A stretch of 64,000 bases of DNA from Octopus sinensis (GCF_006345805.1 NC_043000.1:103168001-103232000); one strand, 5' to 3'; positions 13,357 to 25,330 are shown, counted from the first letter of the stretch. Numbers and translations are program-made. Notes: generated by a model not told the origin, from the letters alone.

Positions 13357-13625
13357 AACGTCAGACAAATAACAAAAGTGGGATTAAGAGACAAAGAGGG
13401 CACAACAAGCGAAATCTCGTGAATGAGAAAGCTTAGAAATATTAAGCACAAAAACGACAATCGAAGAGGTGTTCAATGAAGATACACACACATTTACCCA
13501 TACACACACACACACATACACACTCTCTCTACCACTATCTCTCCCTTACACACGCGCGCGCACATACAAACACGCGTGCACATACACTTACATGTATGTA
13601 TTTCAATAGGAGATAGATGTATTAT

Positions 13626-14007
13626 GGGAGGCGCAATGGCCCAGTGGTTAGGGCAGCGGACTCGCGGTCATAGGATCGCGGTTTCGATTCCCAGACCGGG
13701 CGTTGTGAGTGTTTATTGAGCGAAAACACCTAAAGCTTCACGAGGCTCCGGCAGGGGATGGTGGTGATCCCTGCTGTACTCTTTCACCACAACTTTCTCT
13801 CACTCTTACTTCCTGTTTCAGTTGTACCTGTATTTCAAAGGGCTGGCTTGTCACTCTCTGTGTCACGCTGAATATCTCCGAGAACTACGTTCAGGGTACA
13901 CGTGTCTGTGGAGTGCTCAGCCACTTACACGTTAATTTCACGAGCAGGCTGTTCCGTTGATTCGGATCAACCGGAACCCTCGTCGTCGTAACCGACGGAG
14001 TGCTTCC
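13626..14007 (+). mobile_element. SINE family B (tail 1), full length with an 11-bp TSD
   Basis: tRNA-like head with A box TGGCCCAGTGG and B box GGTTTCGATTCC; TSD AGATGTATTAT at 13615-13625 and 14008-14018. Confidence 0.93.
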
Positions 14008-14874
14008 AGATGTATTATCAACAAATGTTTTTCTGCCAAATTTTGATCGGCTTTCTCATTGCAATGTACTGCACGATCTCCTTGTAAAATGCATGTTCGG
14101 TCGGTGAGAAAGTATTGTACATTTTATACTAACTGTTACAGTTTGAGTCATGATGTTTACAACTTTCATGCTTACATAAAAATGCATATGCTAGGTGAGT
14201 TCTTTAGTTTACAAGTTTGGTGGTTTCGTGTTGACGATGCTGTGTTTCTTTTGTTGTGCCTTCGTAATTTTCTTTTTTTTTTTGTGGAGGTCGTCTGTGA
14301 AATACTCAACACATTCCAACATTGAAGTGCGTATTTTTTAATCATCCGACCTGTATATCTTATGAAGGGAATCTTATAAATTTTTGAGATCTTAAAGGAC
14401 TCTGCTTGGCTTTTCATATTTTAGTACTATCAACATAAAGTAGTCGATGTGAGTGTTGTAATAGCGAATGATATGTCTGAGAGTACAATTGGAAAGAGTA
14501 ACGGACCCACGACAGAGTTTTTTCTTCAGATATTCTACTAACATTTGCTAATTTCTTTAAAATCTACACTGGTCGCAATAAATTCTTTTCTTTAAAAGGT
14601 TATGCAATAACTTTTTTAGATTTCCAACTATGCTTAGCTAGGTTCCGCAGCCGGTGGCATTATCTTATAATCAAACTTTGTGAAGAGATTTCAGAAAGAC
14701 TTGATATATGACAAATGCTTTTGCTGATTGTCTATCTGTGTTAACATCCTGTCGTGATGAGGCAGCTGTTGCGTGAGGCAGCTTCTAACTGGGCAGGAAT
14801 TGCTCTGAGTATCACGAAACAAAGTCATTCTCTTCTCGGAACGTAAATCAGTTACTCCCGACATTTCCGATATT

Positions 14875-15271
14875 CTTTTATTCTTTTACTGGTTTAAGTA
14901 ATTTGACTGCGGCCATGCTGGAGCACCGCATTTAGTCGAACAAATCAACCCCAGGACTTATTCTTTGTAAGCCCAGTACTTGTTCTATCGGTATCTTTTG
15001 CCGAACTGCAAAGTAACGGGGGCGTAAGCACATCAACATCGGTTGTCAAGCGATGGTGGGGGAACACACACAGACACAAATATAAATATATATATATACA
15101 TATACATACGACAGGCTTCTTTCAGTTTCCGTCTACCAAACTCACTTACAAGGTTTTGGTCGGCCCGAGGCTATAGTAGAGGACACTTGCCCACAGTGCC
15201 ATACAGTGAGACTGAACCTGGAATCAAGTGGTTGGAAAGCAAGCTTCTTACCACACAGCCACTCCTGCGCC
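14875..15271 (-). mobile_element. SINE family A, full length
   Basis: Head, short internal (TA)/(TG) tract and body on the reverse strand. Confidence 0.9.
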
Positions 15272-15278
15272 TTTATAT

Positions 15279-15915
15279 TGCAAAGGACAGGGACGTGATT
15301 GACGCGAGCTGATGACCAGCACCTACTGGGAATTCTTCGTTCACGGGGTTGGTTCCAGGCCCTGATCCCTATCTCAGCAGGTGGTTCATAGGTTTCCCGA
15401 CCATCTCGGGCCGGGGGAGATGTGCCCGCTGATACTTCCAGTGTAGCGCGCATGCGGCCTCGGACATCTAAGGGCATCACAGACTTGTTATCGCTCCGCC
15501 TCGTGCGACTTTCTGCCACCCGTCCCTCTAAAAAGTGCTTTGTTCGCCAACCGACTGGTCCGGACGCGACGGCGTGCCGCCGTCGGGCTTGCACGGGCTG
15601 AGCCGATCGGATAACCTCCACCGCTCCACAACTGACGCTGCAACCACGCCACGACCGCCCCGCGAGGGGGCTGCAGCCAGATGCGGCTGTAGCACCGGAC
15701 GCGAAGGAGAGCGGCGGCAACGGCAAGCCCGGGCAGTGCGCGGGGCTACCGACGATGGTTTCGGCGCCGCCGCGCCACCGGAAAAGCACTAATCAATGTG
15801 CTAGTTAGCAAGCCGAAATCTCGTTCATTATCGGAATCAACTAGACGGATCGCACCACCAAGAACGGCCATGCACCACCACCCACAGAATCGAGAAAGAG
15901 CTATCGATCTGTCAA
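15279..15915 (-). pseudogene. 18S rRNA: 18S rRNA pseudogene fragment (3' part, including an expanded V7 region)
   Basis: Reverse complement contains TTGACAGATCGATAGCTCTTTCTCGATT..GGTGGTGGTGCATGGCCGTTC, TAACAAGTCTGTGATGCCCTTAGATGTCCG and GAATTCCCAGTA..CACGTCCCTGTCCTTTG; substitutions and a small deletion in normally invariant segments; isolated from other rDNA. Confidence 0.93.
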
Positions 15916-16499
15916 ACTAACCGGGATTATAACACATACATTATGTGTGGTCAGAGAAATTTCTTGCAATTTTTAGAGCTTACTCTACTTCTTTTCTTTT
16001 GTTGAAGAATTGTTATGCTTCCTTTTAGTTATATTATTTTAGTGGTATAAGCGCACCATTTTCCAGAAAATACATGTGGTGCCTTCGCAAATCAGTTTAT
16101 AGATTATATATATAAATTCTTCAAACTGATTCGATTTCGTTGCTGAAGTGACACAAGTACGTAGCAACAGTGAAATAACTATCGCGGTCACTTTCGGGAG
16201 TGATTTCATTTCGCTTATCTCTTAAGTATATTATTTTGTTTGTTTTTTAACACAATGTGTCTATAAAGGGATTTTCCCCCCGCCTGAAAAACCGTCGTCT
16301 CTGGTTTTTCAACTATAAACGTACGTTAAGCAAGCTATATTGAAGGAGTATTTCAAGCAGTTTGGATCGAACCCCCAACTTTTCTTTTTAGTATTTTAGG
16401 AAAATTTCCAGTAAATTGTCAGATCTTGGTATTGATATTAGGTTAATTTTATCTGTAGTCGGTACTGTGTTGCGATTGCTGTTCTTGGCATTTTCCCAT

Positions 16500-16640
16500 G
16501 CTAGGCTGCATTGCTGAAGAGAACCCTTGTATGTGGTCGCTAGATCTGCAAGAAATAGCAGCCAATATTTACTGAAATCACACCATACTTTCTCAAAAGA
16601 AAGTACACATTATCTATTTGATAGCACAATCCACCATACC
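16500..16640 (+). repeat. Dispersed repeat family F (probably SINE-derived)
   Basis: CTGC(A/T)AGAAATAGCAGCCAA...AAATCACACC motif recurs at about 22205-22300, 23595-23650, 54170-54270 and 63345-63420. Confidence 0.55.
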
Positions 16641-16752
16641 ACTACAAAGACAAGATACAATACCATTGATTATAGTCTACATGATTAGAGTTGACTTGGA
16701 GATGGGAGCTAAGCAATAGCAACTGGCTCAGCTAATTGCTTATTTTACTCTT

Positions 16753-17136
16753 TGTGGAGGCGCAATGGCTCAGTGGTTAGGGCAGCGGACTCGCGGTCAT
16801 AGGATCGCGGTTTCGATTCCCAGACCGGGCGTTGTGAGTGTTTATTGACCGAAAACACCTAAAGCTCCACAAGGCTCCTGCAGGGATGGTGGTGATCCCT
16901 GCTGTACTCTTTCACCACAACTTTCTCTCACTCTTACTTCCTGTTTCTGTTGTACCTGTATTTCAAAAGGCCGGCCTTGTCACTCTCTGTGTCACGCTGA
17001 ATATCCCCGAGAGCTACGTTAAGGGTACACGTGTCTGTGGAGTGCTCAGCCACTTACACGTTAATTTCACGAGCAGGCTGTTCCGTTGATTCGGATCAAC
17101 CGGAACCCTCGTCGTCATAACCGACGGAATGCTTCC
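16753..17136 (+). mobile_element. SINE family B (tail 1), full length with an 11-bp TSD
   Basis: Near-identical to 13626-14007; TSD ATTTTACTCTT at 16742-16752 and 17137-17147. Confidence 0.93.
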
Positions 17137-17906
17137 ATTTTACTCTTCATTCAGTATTTCACTTACACCAGAGAGAGTTTATATCAAGTGAGGCACTTCC
17201 TCCAAACAGTTTCAATATATCTCATAATGCAATTAAAATTCGTCGAACTGCTAAGGACTAGTTTAAAAATTTCTTTTATAGCCCCAGTTGCCTTGGAAAT
17301 AACGTATTGTGCTTTAAATTTCAGTAGGAGGAAAGTTTAATCTTTTTCTCAGTTTGTCCATTTCACCCTTCGTAATTTTATGTCTTAGTAGTATATTACT
17401 CCTTGATATTTTTGTGAGCTTTGAATTACAACATCAGTGTATAATGCATACTACGGTCATTACCGGCTATAGTTAGTGCAATTTCATGTCATTAACTTGC
17501 ATACAGTGAATGTTTATTTCTCATCCGACAAAAAGCTCCTTACGTGTATTTATCATCAGTTTTTTCGCTGGTTTGTAGGACGCTCAAACCACCTCTCATA
17601 AACACATTTTTCCTTGTATCACGTAGCGTTCCATGCATTTTCTTCCTTTGGTGCCTGATCAACACCCAAGTTCCTTGCATGTTGGAACTTCTTTCTTTTG
17701 CCGCCATCTTTATGGCTTGATCGCTTCTCTAGTCACTGTCGCTTTTCTAGCATCTACAGCTTTTGCCTCTGCAAACGACTCACTGTTTTGCAAGCAACTG
17801 TCTGGATGTTTTGTTGTCGCCTGTTGCGTTCTTATCTCATTTTTGAATTCTTATATATATATATGCTTGTGTATGAGTACTGTGTATACTTGTTTATGGA
17901 CATATA

Positions 17907-18383
17907 TCTTTTATCTTTTACTTGTTTCAGTCATGAGACTGCGGTCATTCTGGGGCACCGACTTGAAGAATTTCTTGTCGAATGAATCGACCTCACTATT
18001 ATTTTTCTTTAAGCCTGGTACTTATTTTACCGGTCTCTTTGCCGAACCGTTAAGCTACGATGGCGTAAGCACTCTAACACCGGTTGTCAAACGATGGGCG
18101 GGTCACAAAAGCAGACACAAAGACGCATGCACACACACACACACACACATACACACACACACACACACACACTCGCACTCATACACACACATACACACAC
18201 ACACTCACTCACTCACACGGACATATTATATGTGCGACGAGCTTCATTCCGTTTCCGCCTATCAAATGCACTCACAAAGCTTTGGTCGGCTCGAGGCTAA
18301 AGCAGAAAATATTTGCCCAACGTGCCACGCAGTGGAACTAAACCCGGAACTATGTGGCTGGGAAGCAAAATTCTTACACACAC
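17907..18383 (-). mobile_element. SINE family A with an expanded internal (CA)n
   Basis: Body, about 110 bp of (CA)n, and head on the reverse strand. Confidence 0.85.
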
Positions 18384-18612
18384 ACATATATCCCTGTATG
18401 TGTATGTGAGTGTGTAAGACCGTGTGTATGTGTGTGTGCGGGTGTGTGAGTGTAAAACCGTTAGTATGTGTGTGTATCTTTGTGTGTAAGAACGTTTAGC
18501 TTAACGGTAGAGTACTCAGCCTGTATCTAAGGAATACAGATTTGACTCCCGTGGCCCTCTTCTGACAGCTTTTTAAGGCTTAGGCGTGACTGTGTAGTAA
18601 GAAGCTTGCTTT

Positions 18613-18930
18613 CCGTCGAGCTTACGATCAGGAGGTTGTGAGTTCGATTCCCGGACCGGGCTGTGCGTTGTGTTCTTGAGCAAGACACTTTATTTCACGT
18701 TGCTCCAGTTAACTCAGCTGTAGAAATGAGTTGCAACATCACTGGTGCCAAGCTGTATCGGCCTTTGCCTTTCCCTTGCGTAACATCAGTGGTGTGGAGA
18801 GGGGTGGCTGGTATGCATGGGCGACTGCTGGCCTTCCACAAACAACCCTTCCACAAACTAGCCCAGATTTGTGCCTCGGGGGGGTAACTTTCTAGGTGCA
18901 ATTCCATGGTTATTCATGACCGAAAGGGAT
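18613..18930 (+). mobile_element. SINE family D variant, 5'-truncated, preceded by the first ~30 nt of a family A head (18585-18612)
   Basis: GAGTTCGATTCCCGGACCGGG..GTGTTCTTGAGCAAGACACTTTATTTCACGTTGCTCCAG core shared with family D, with a different 3' part. Confidence 0.75.
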
Positions 18931-18955
18931 CTCCTCCTCAATATATATATATATA

Positions 18956-19211
18956 GGACAGACACAGAAGAACCCTAATTCTTCATCAGTTATTGACCGA
19001 AAGACTAATACACAGTTTCATGCATTTAACGATAAAACTTAGATCTTCGCATAACGGCGGCATTCTGTAGGGCTCGAGACCTAATTCTCCACAAATTTTG
19101 CGGGTGCCGCCGATATGCGAAGTTCTCAGTCTTATCCTTATAGGCATGAAACTGTGTATTAGTATTTCGGTCGATAACTGATGAAGAATTAGGGTCCTTC
19201 TGTGTCTGTCC
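18956..19211. mobile_element. Foldback MITE with TA target duplication (Tc1/mariner-type)
   Basis: Inverted arms GGACAGACACAGAAG.ACCCTAATTCTTCATCAGTTAT.GACCGAAA.ACTAATACACAGTTTCATGC (about 68 bp near-perfect, about 105 bp imperfect); TA on both sides. Confidence 0.88.
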
Positions 19212-19240
19212 TATGTGTACGTCTTTTAGCATTTATTATA

Positions 19241-19403
19241 GGCGCAGGAGAGGCTGTGTGGTAAGTAGCTTGCTTACCAACCACATGGTTCCGGGTTCAG
19301 TCACACTGCGTGGAATTTTGGGCAAGTGTATTCTGCTATAGCCCCTGGCCGACTAATGCCTTGTGAGTGGATTCGGTAGACGGAAACTGAAAGAAGCCTG
19401 TCG

Positions 19404-19462
<59 letters not shown>

Positions 19463-19669
19463 ATGTGTTTGTGTGTCTGTGTTTGTCCCCCTAGCATTGC
19501 TTGACAACCGATGCTGGTGTGTTTACGTTCCCGTCACTTAGCGGTTCGGCAAAAAAGACCGATAGAATAAGTACTGGGCTTACAAAGAATAAGTCCCGGG
19601 GTCAATTTGCTCGACTAAAGGCGGTGCTCCAGCATGGCCGCAGTCAAATGACTGAAACAAGTAAAAAAG
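19241..19669 (+). mobile_element. SINE family A, full length
   Basis: GGCGCAGGAG.GGCTGTGTGGTAAG head, (TA)n(TG)n, body and AAACAAGTAAAA tail. Confidence 0.92.
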
Positions 19670-19686
19670 AAATATATATATATGTA

Positions 19687-19717
<31 letters not shown>

Positions 19718-19754
19718 CTGTGTGTGTGTTCACTGACAAAATTCCGTGCACAGA

Positions 19755-19927
19755 GAGGAGCACTCCATTGGTTACGACGATGAGGGTCCACTACCCCCTG
19801 CAGGAGCCTTGTGAAGCTTTAGGTGTTTTCGCTCAATAAACACTCACAATGCCCGGTCTGGGAATCGAAACCGCGATCCTACAACCGCGAGTCCGCTGCC
19901 CTAACCACTGGGCCATTGCACCTCCAC
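19755..19927 (-). mobile_element. SINE family B, internally deleted, with a 12-bp TSD
   Basis: Head joined almost directly to the tail-1 end; TSD TCCGTGCACAGA at 19743-19754 and 19928-19939. Confidence 0.88.
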
Positions 19928-20080
19928 TCCGTGCACAGAATTTTGTAAGTGAACAGGTCGCGGTCTCAAAGCGACGAAAATATTTTGACAAATTTAAATG
20001 TTGAAGTGAATCTAGCGATTTTTGCGTGTTTTTAATTGCTTATTTACACCTTCCACGCTGATATTGAATATGCTACTAGA

Positions 20081-20243
20081 GACAGGAGTGGCTGTGTGGT
20101 AAGTAGCTTGTCTACCAACCACATGGTTCCGGGTTCAGTCCCACTGCGTGGCACCTTGGGCAAGTGTCTTCTACTATAGCCTCGAGTCGACCAAAGCATA
20201 GTGAGTGGATTTGGTAGACGGAAACTGAAAGAAGCCCGTCGTA

Positions 20244-20274
<31 letters not shown>

Positions 20275-20475
20275 GCGTGTGTGTGTTTGTGTGTCTGTGT
20301 TTGTCCCCTAGCATTGCTTGACAACCGATGCTGGTATGTTTATGTCCCCGTTAATTAGCGGTTCGGCAAAAGAGACCGATAGAATAAGTACTGGGCTTAC
20401 AAAGAATCGAGTTGCTCGATAAAAGGCGGTGCTTCAGCATGGCCGCAGTCAAATGACTGAAACAAGTAAAAGAGA
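20081..20475 (+). mobile_element. SINE family A, full length, tail running into (GA)n
   Basis: Same structure as 19241-19669. Confidence 0.92.
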
Positions 20476-20484
20476 GAGAGAGAG

Positions 20485-20544
<60 letters not shown>

Positions 20545-20927
20545 AATACAGCAATACTTACATTACAAGCACAAGTCTACGTTCAGCGTGAACAATGACG
20601 CAACGCAAGTGCTCACGATGCCAAATAAATAAATAAATAAATAAATATATAAATAAATAAATAAAAGGTTAAAACAAACAAAATTCTGCCGGCAAGTTTC
20701 TCCGCCCGATTCTGTTATGACCATCCGCGTATCGGTTATTTTCTGTTAAGACCAGCTGCTTATTTAGGCTGGTGTACTTAACCAAAAGGTAAACATTCTC
20801 ATAAAGACCAAACCTGAAAGAATAGGAAATAGAAGGGGTGGGAGAATGAAAGAGAGGAGAAGAAGTGAGAGGGATGGAAAGTAAGTGAGAGAGGGAGAAA
20901 GTGAAAGACTGAAAGGGTGAGAGAGAA

Positions 20928-20961
<34 letters not shown>

Positions 20962-21254
20962 TGAGTGAGAGAGATCGGAAGAGAAAAAGTCAGAAAAGGC
21001 AAGATAAAGGTGAGATCGCTACAAATCCATATGAGCACACATACATATGTATGTGTGCGCACGCATTTTTAAATATAGAGTTGCATACGAACGCGTACAC
21101 ATATAAATACGCACGCATACATACATATACGTACACACACCAACACACACACACACACATACACACGCACACACAAACATAGTCTGCGCTTTTTCCACTT
21201 TTTCTTCGTCTTTCTCTGTCCCTATCCGTCTCTCTCTCACTCACTTTTCTTCTC

Positions 21255-21915
<661 letters not shown>

Positions 21916-22352
21916 TGACATGGGCGCAAGCCGAGCAATTGTATGGGGTTGCGGTTATATACGGTGCATTGTGTGTAGCTATTGAAATCGAAATACAGTA
22001 CTCAATTCCTTCGGCACAGCAATTTCAATAATAATCGGTTCGAAACGAAAGAAGGCGAAAAAGAGTAACAATGACAATCACAAGTATTACATCGGCAACG
22101 ACGGCGACATTGAGAAAACAATGACACAGAAGAAAGCTACGTAAAACAAAATATAGCAATGTAATTTATAGCCAACGTTAATACCTGTATATGGGTGGGG
22201 GCAGGGTGATTCAACCTGCTAAAAATAGCAGCTAAATCTTCCCCAAATTATTCCGTCATCTAAGGAAAGGGGAGATATATTGACTAATGTGATCCAGTGT
22301 ACGGTATGCTTAGGCTGGTGGCGAATTGGTTAGGTTGTTCGAATGTTGGAAT

Positions 22353-23061
22353 CAGTGGCGGCTCGTAGATAGAATTAGTGGGGATGCTGTTTCAGAAAAT
22401 GTTTAGCCGTTGTTTTAATATTGTGTTGAAGGGAACAAACATAAAAATGGAAAAGTTATACATAAACTCGATCGGTTCGCGTTTTAGCCACTGCCGGATA
22501 AGTGCATTTAATTTGTTCACTGAACATCGCCGCGAATTACCCCTTGTTTTTCAAAAACTCCTCCCTAAAATCACAAAATAAGGTGGGGAAATCTGCCCTA
22601 TTTTTCAAATCCTGGCAGCAACACCGTAGCTGGAAGCAGGATAATAATCTTATTCTACACTTTATCACATTCAAGAATACAAGCACGATTTTATCACAAC
22701 ACACACGGAGTCAAAAAGAAACACTACCTTTCACCAGCACACCAAGGTCGGCACTGCGTGAACCACAGTTCTCTCTCTCCCTAGCGTGCAGCTTCCTATC
22801 TCGAACATGTGAGCATGCGCACAACAGCCAAACACCACATCACTGGAACTGTGAAGCGCACAGTTCTATACAAGGATTTTTGTACTTTTTTCTTAAACTA
22901 GAGGAAGGCTACTGACATTAAACTTAAGGATTATATAATGTACAAGTATAAAGAAAGAATTAATGAAAAAAGGACTCTCATTATATTGAATGCTATCGAT
23001 AATATCGAGTGGAAATAGGGGGTGCTGCAGTTCCACAGTGCCTATAAACGAGCCGCCACTG
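22353..23061. mobile_element. Non-autonomous DNA transposon, hAT-like (709 bp)
   Basis: Perfect 14-bp TIR CAGTGGCGGCTCGT / ACGAGCCGCCACTG; 8-bp flanks GTTGGAAT and ATCAGAAT match 5/8; no transposase ORF. Confidence 0.7.
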
Positions 23062-23771
23062 ATCAGAATTAATGTCTTGTGGTATGGTAGGGTGCCCGCT
23101 TCTTCTTTCTGCGTTCGGAGTTCAAATTCTGCCGGAGTCAACTTTGCTTTTCATTCTATTAGGTGACTTGGTTGATTAATTTTCTCTCTGTCTTCTGTCT
23201 CTCTACCTCTGTCTCTGATTTGGTTTTCCTCTCTGAATTTGTTACTGCCATTCAAAGCTCCAGCCTGGTCGCACTGAGTCATTATGATTCGAACTGAGAA
23301 CTGCATTAAATATACAATTATCGACGGAATACTCAACCACTCACATGTTTTTTTCATCAGTTTTAATTCAGTTGGTCGAACAAATAAGTATTAATCGTTG
23401 AGACCGGCGGAGAAAACACTTTATTCATGGAGAAAAAACTGAATGATCAAAGCTGAAGTACAGTGCTCGAAAAGGTGCCCACTTGGAGCTAAATATAACT
23501 ATAACAGTAACACCAGCAACAAGAACAACATCAAATATAACAAAACAAACAACAGCCAGATTACCAACCAACGAGTCAACATCTACGTAACTACTTATCA
23601 TGCTGAAAGTAGCGGCCAAATATTCTTCAAACCACACCCTACCGTCAGTGTCAATTAGAGGTGTCGGGCATGATATTTACCTTTTGCTATTTAGGGGGAA
23701 ATGGTTTCTAACTTTTTGTTCAGTTTCTTTTCTTTCTTTCTCTCCCTCTCTCTCTCTCTGCTTTTTCTCTT

Positions 23772-23860
23772 TCTTCTGATGAAGGACTAACGTTCGAAGC
23801 GTTGAGACACTTTCTCCTTCCAGGAAAGCGTTAAGTTAATATCGTATTTGCCAGTCCTTG
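23772..23860 (+). mobile_element. Penelope-type terminal-repeat remnant with a degenerate hammerhead motif
   Basis: TCTT-CTGATGA-AGGAC-TAAC-GTTC-GAAGC-GTT-GAGA; downstream sequence resembles 29820-29870. Confidence 0.55.
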
Positions 23861-24649
23861 TCCTTCTTGTGTAATCCTTTTTATTTTTCAACTTATTTAT
23901 AGTATATGTTATGTCGAAGATATATCTTTTGCCAGAATGAGCGACTCAAGCTACGACGACACAAACAATAATGAGCAAGTCATTGATAAGTTTATAGCTA
24001 ATATCATACAAAGATATTTTCATAGTGAGGGTGTGTATGTATGTATGTATGTATGTATGTATGTATGTATGTATGTATGTATGTATGTATGTATACAAAA
24101 ACTACTTGAGCAGTGATATACCAAGCGGAGAATAAATGTATTATAAACATATCAAGGGTCAATTAATGTTTAGTGTATTAATACTCCGTGGTTACAAGAA
24201 CTAATACACTAATAAACTGTATCGTTTATAAAACAGCATTCTACATTATTCTTAGCTATAATGAAAAAGGGCAAATACCATGCTAAAATTCCATCGCTAC
24301 CCACTGCCGCCAACTGGATTGTGAAAGACCAATCCCGAATGCTTGCAACACAGTTAACTCCACTAAAGCCATTACCATTAAGGGACCCAGCGGTGATGTT
24401 AAACAGGGTGACGGTTACATCTTTCACTCAGAGAAAAGAAAGGAATCCTCAGCAAGCTTATACACAGTTTCTGTACAATCTTCATTCATAGAAATTACTA
24501 GTCAAACCGAGGTTACGACACAATGTTCTTTCCCAAAATACTGTGTCGTAAGGTCGAACCTGGAACTATATAGTGGTGAAGTGATTTTCTTAATCACACA
24601 GACATGCTGATGCTGCATTGATATTGATACACAGTAGGCAGCAGAGACA

Positions 24650-25020
24650 GCAAAACCTCATGCATTTATGGATGATTTGAAACTGTTCGTAACAGAATGA
24701 AGACTAAATAGATTTTTTTCGTGCAAGCAATATATGTACGTAATGAAGATGGTATGGTGGAATATAAAATTAAAGTAGTATGGTGGTTTATTAATGTAAA
24801 CAGGAAAGATAAAGGGAAGTGCTAGGATACAATTAGCAAAAGAGGAATTCATAAAAATGGCTGATAGATTAAGCTAAAAATACTTAAGTATAAGAGAGAT
24901 AGATAAGATAAGGGGAACTGATATAAAATAACTTTCTAGAAACAAATATTTCAGAACGTTAAAATTACTACTCAAACAGAGGCTAAGTAGGGGAAAAAGA
25001 TTAGACATATTAACATGTGG
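24650..25020 (+). pseudogene. Dong/R4-clade LINE RT remnant, heavily decayed
   Basis: HAFMDDLKLF (R4-type HLLYMDDLKL), KYLSIREIDKI and KYFRTLKLLLKQRL in broken frames. Confidence 0.7.
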
Positions 25021-25038
25021 ATCATATATAATGAGAGA

Positions 25039-25083
<45 letters not shown>

Positions 25084-25211
25084 GGAGAAAGAGAGAGAGA
25101 AAGAAAGAATGAAAGAGAGAGAGTGACATAGGCATGGCTGTGTGGTTAAAAAGTTCGATTTGCAATCACGTTATTTCGAGTCCAGTCTCCACTGTGCAGC
25201 ATCCAGGCAGC

Positions 25212-25330
25212 AAGGGCCCGGGACCAGGGAGTGCAGCGGGCGCATCTGCACCCCTTGGAATTTTCAGGTGGTGCAAGATCAAAATTTGCACCCCCTACAT
25301 AATTTTACCAGTTTCAGAAAATAGTGTCTA
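25212..25330 (+). mobile_element. Possible hAT-type terminus interrupting a SINE A head (25132-25205)
   Basis: GC-rich AGGGCCCGGGACC...GTGCAG...TGCACCCC subterminal-like motifs; the other end was not found. Confidence 0.3.

Noticed and set aside
15142-15789. 215-aa GC-rich ORF on the minus strand
   Set aside because: It is the 18S rRNA pseudogene read as codons
16240-16490. Possible Penelope RT remnant (PFID motif) on the minus strand
   Set aside because: Only a 4-residue resemblance, with no other RT motifs in any frame
17633-17860. 258-aa hydrophobic ORF starting at 17633
   Set aside because: It runs through a SINE and (CA)n; the unique part looks more like a decayed LINE linker on the minus strand, too degraded to call
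18498-18566. tRNA-like A and B boxes
   Set aside because: No convincing cloverleaf; probably a decayed SINE head rather than a tRNA gene
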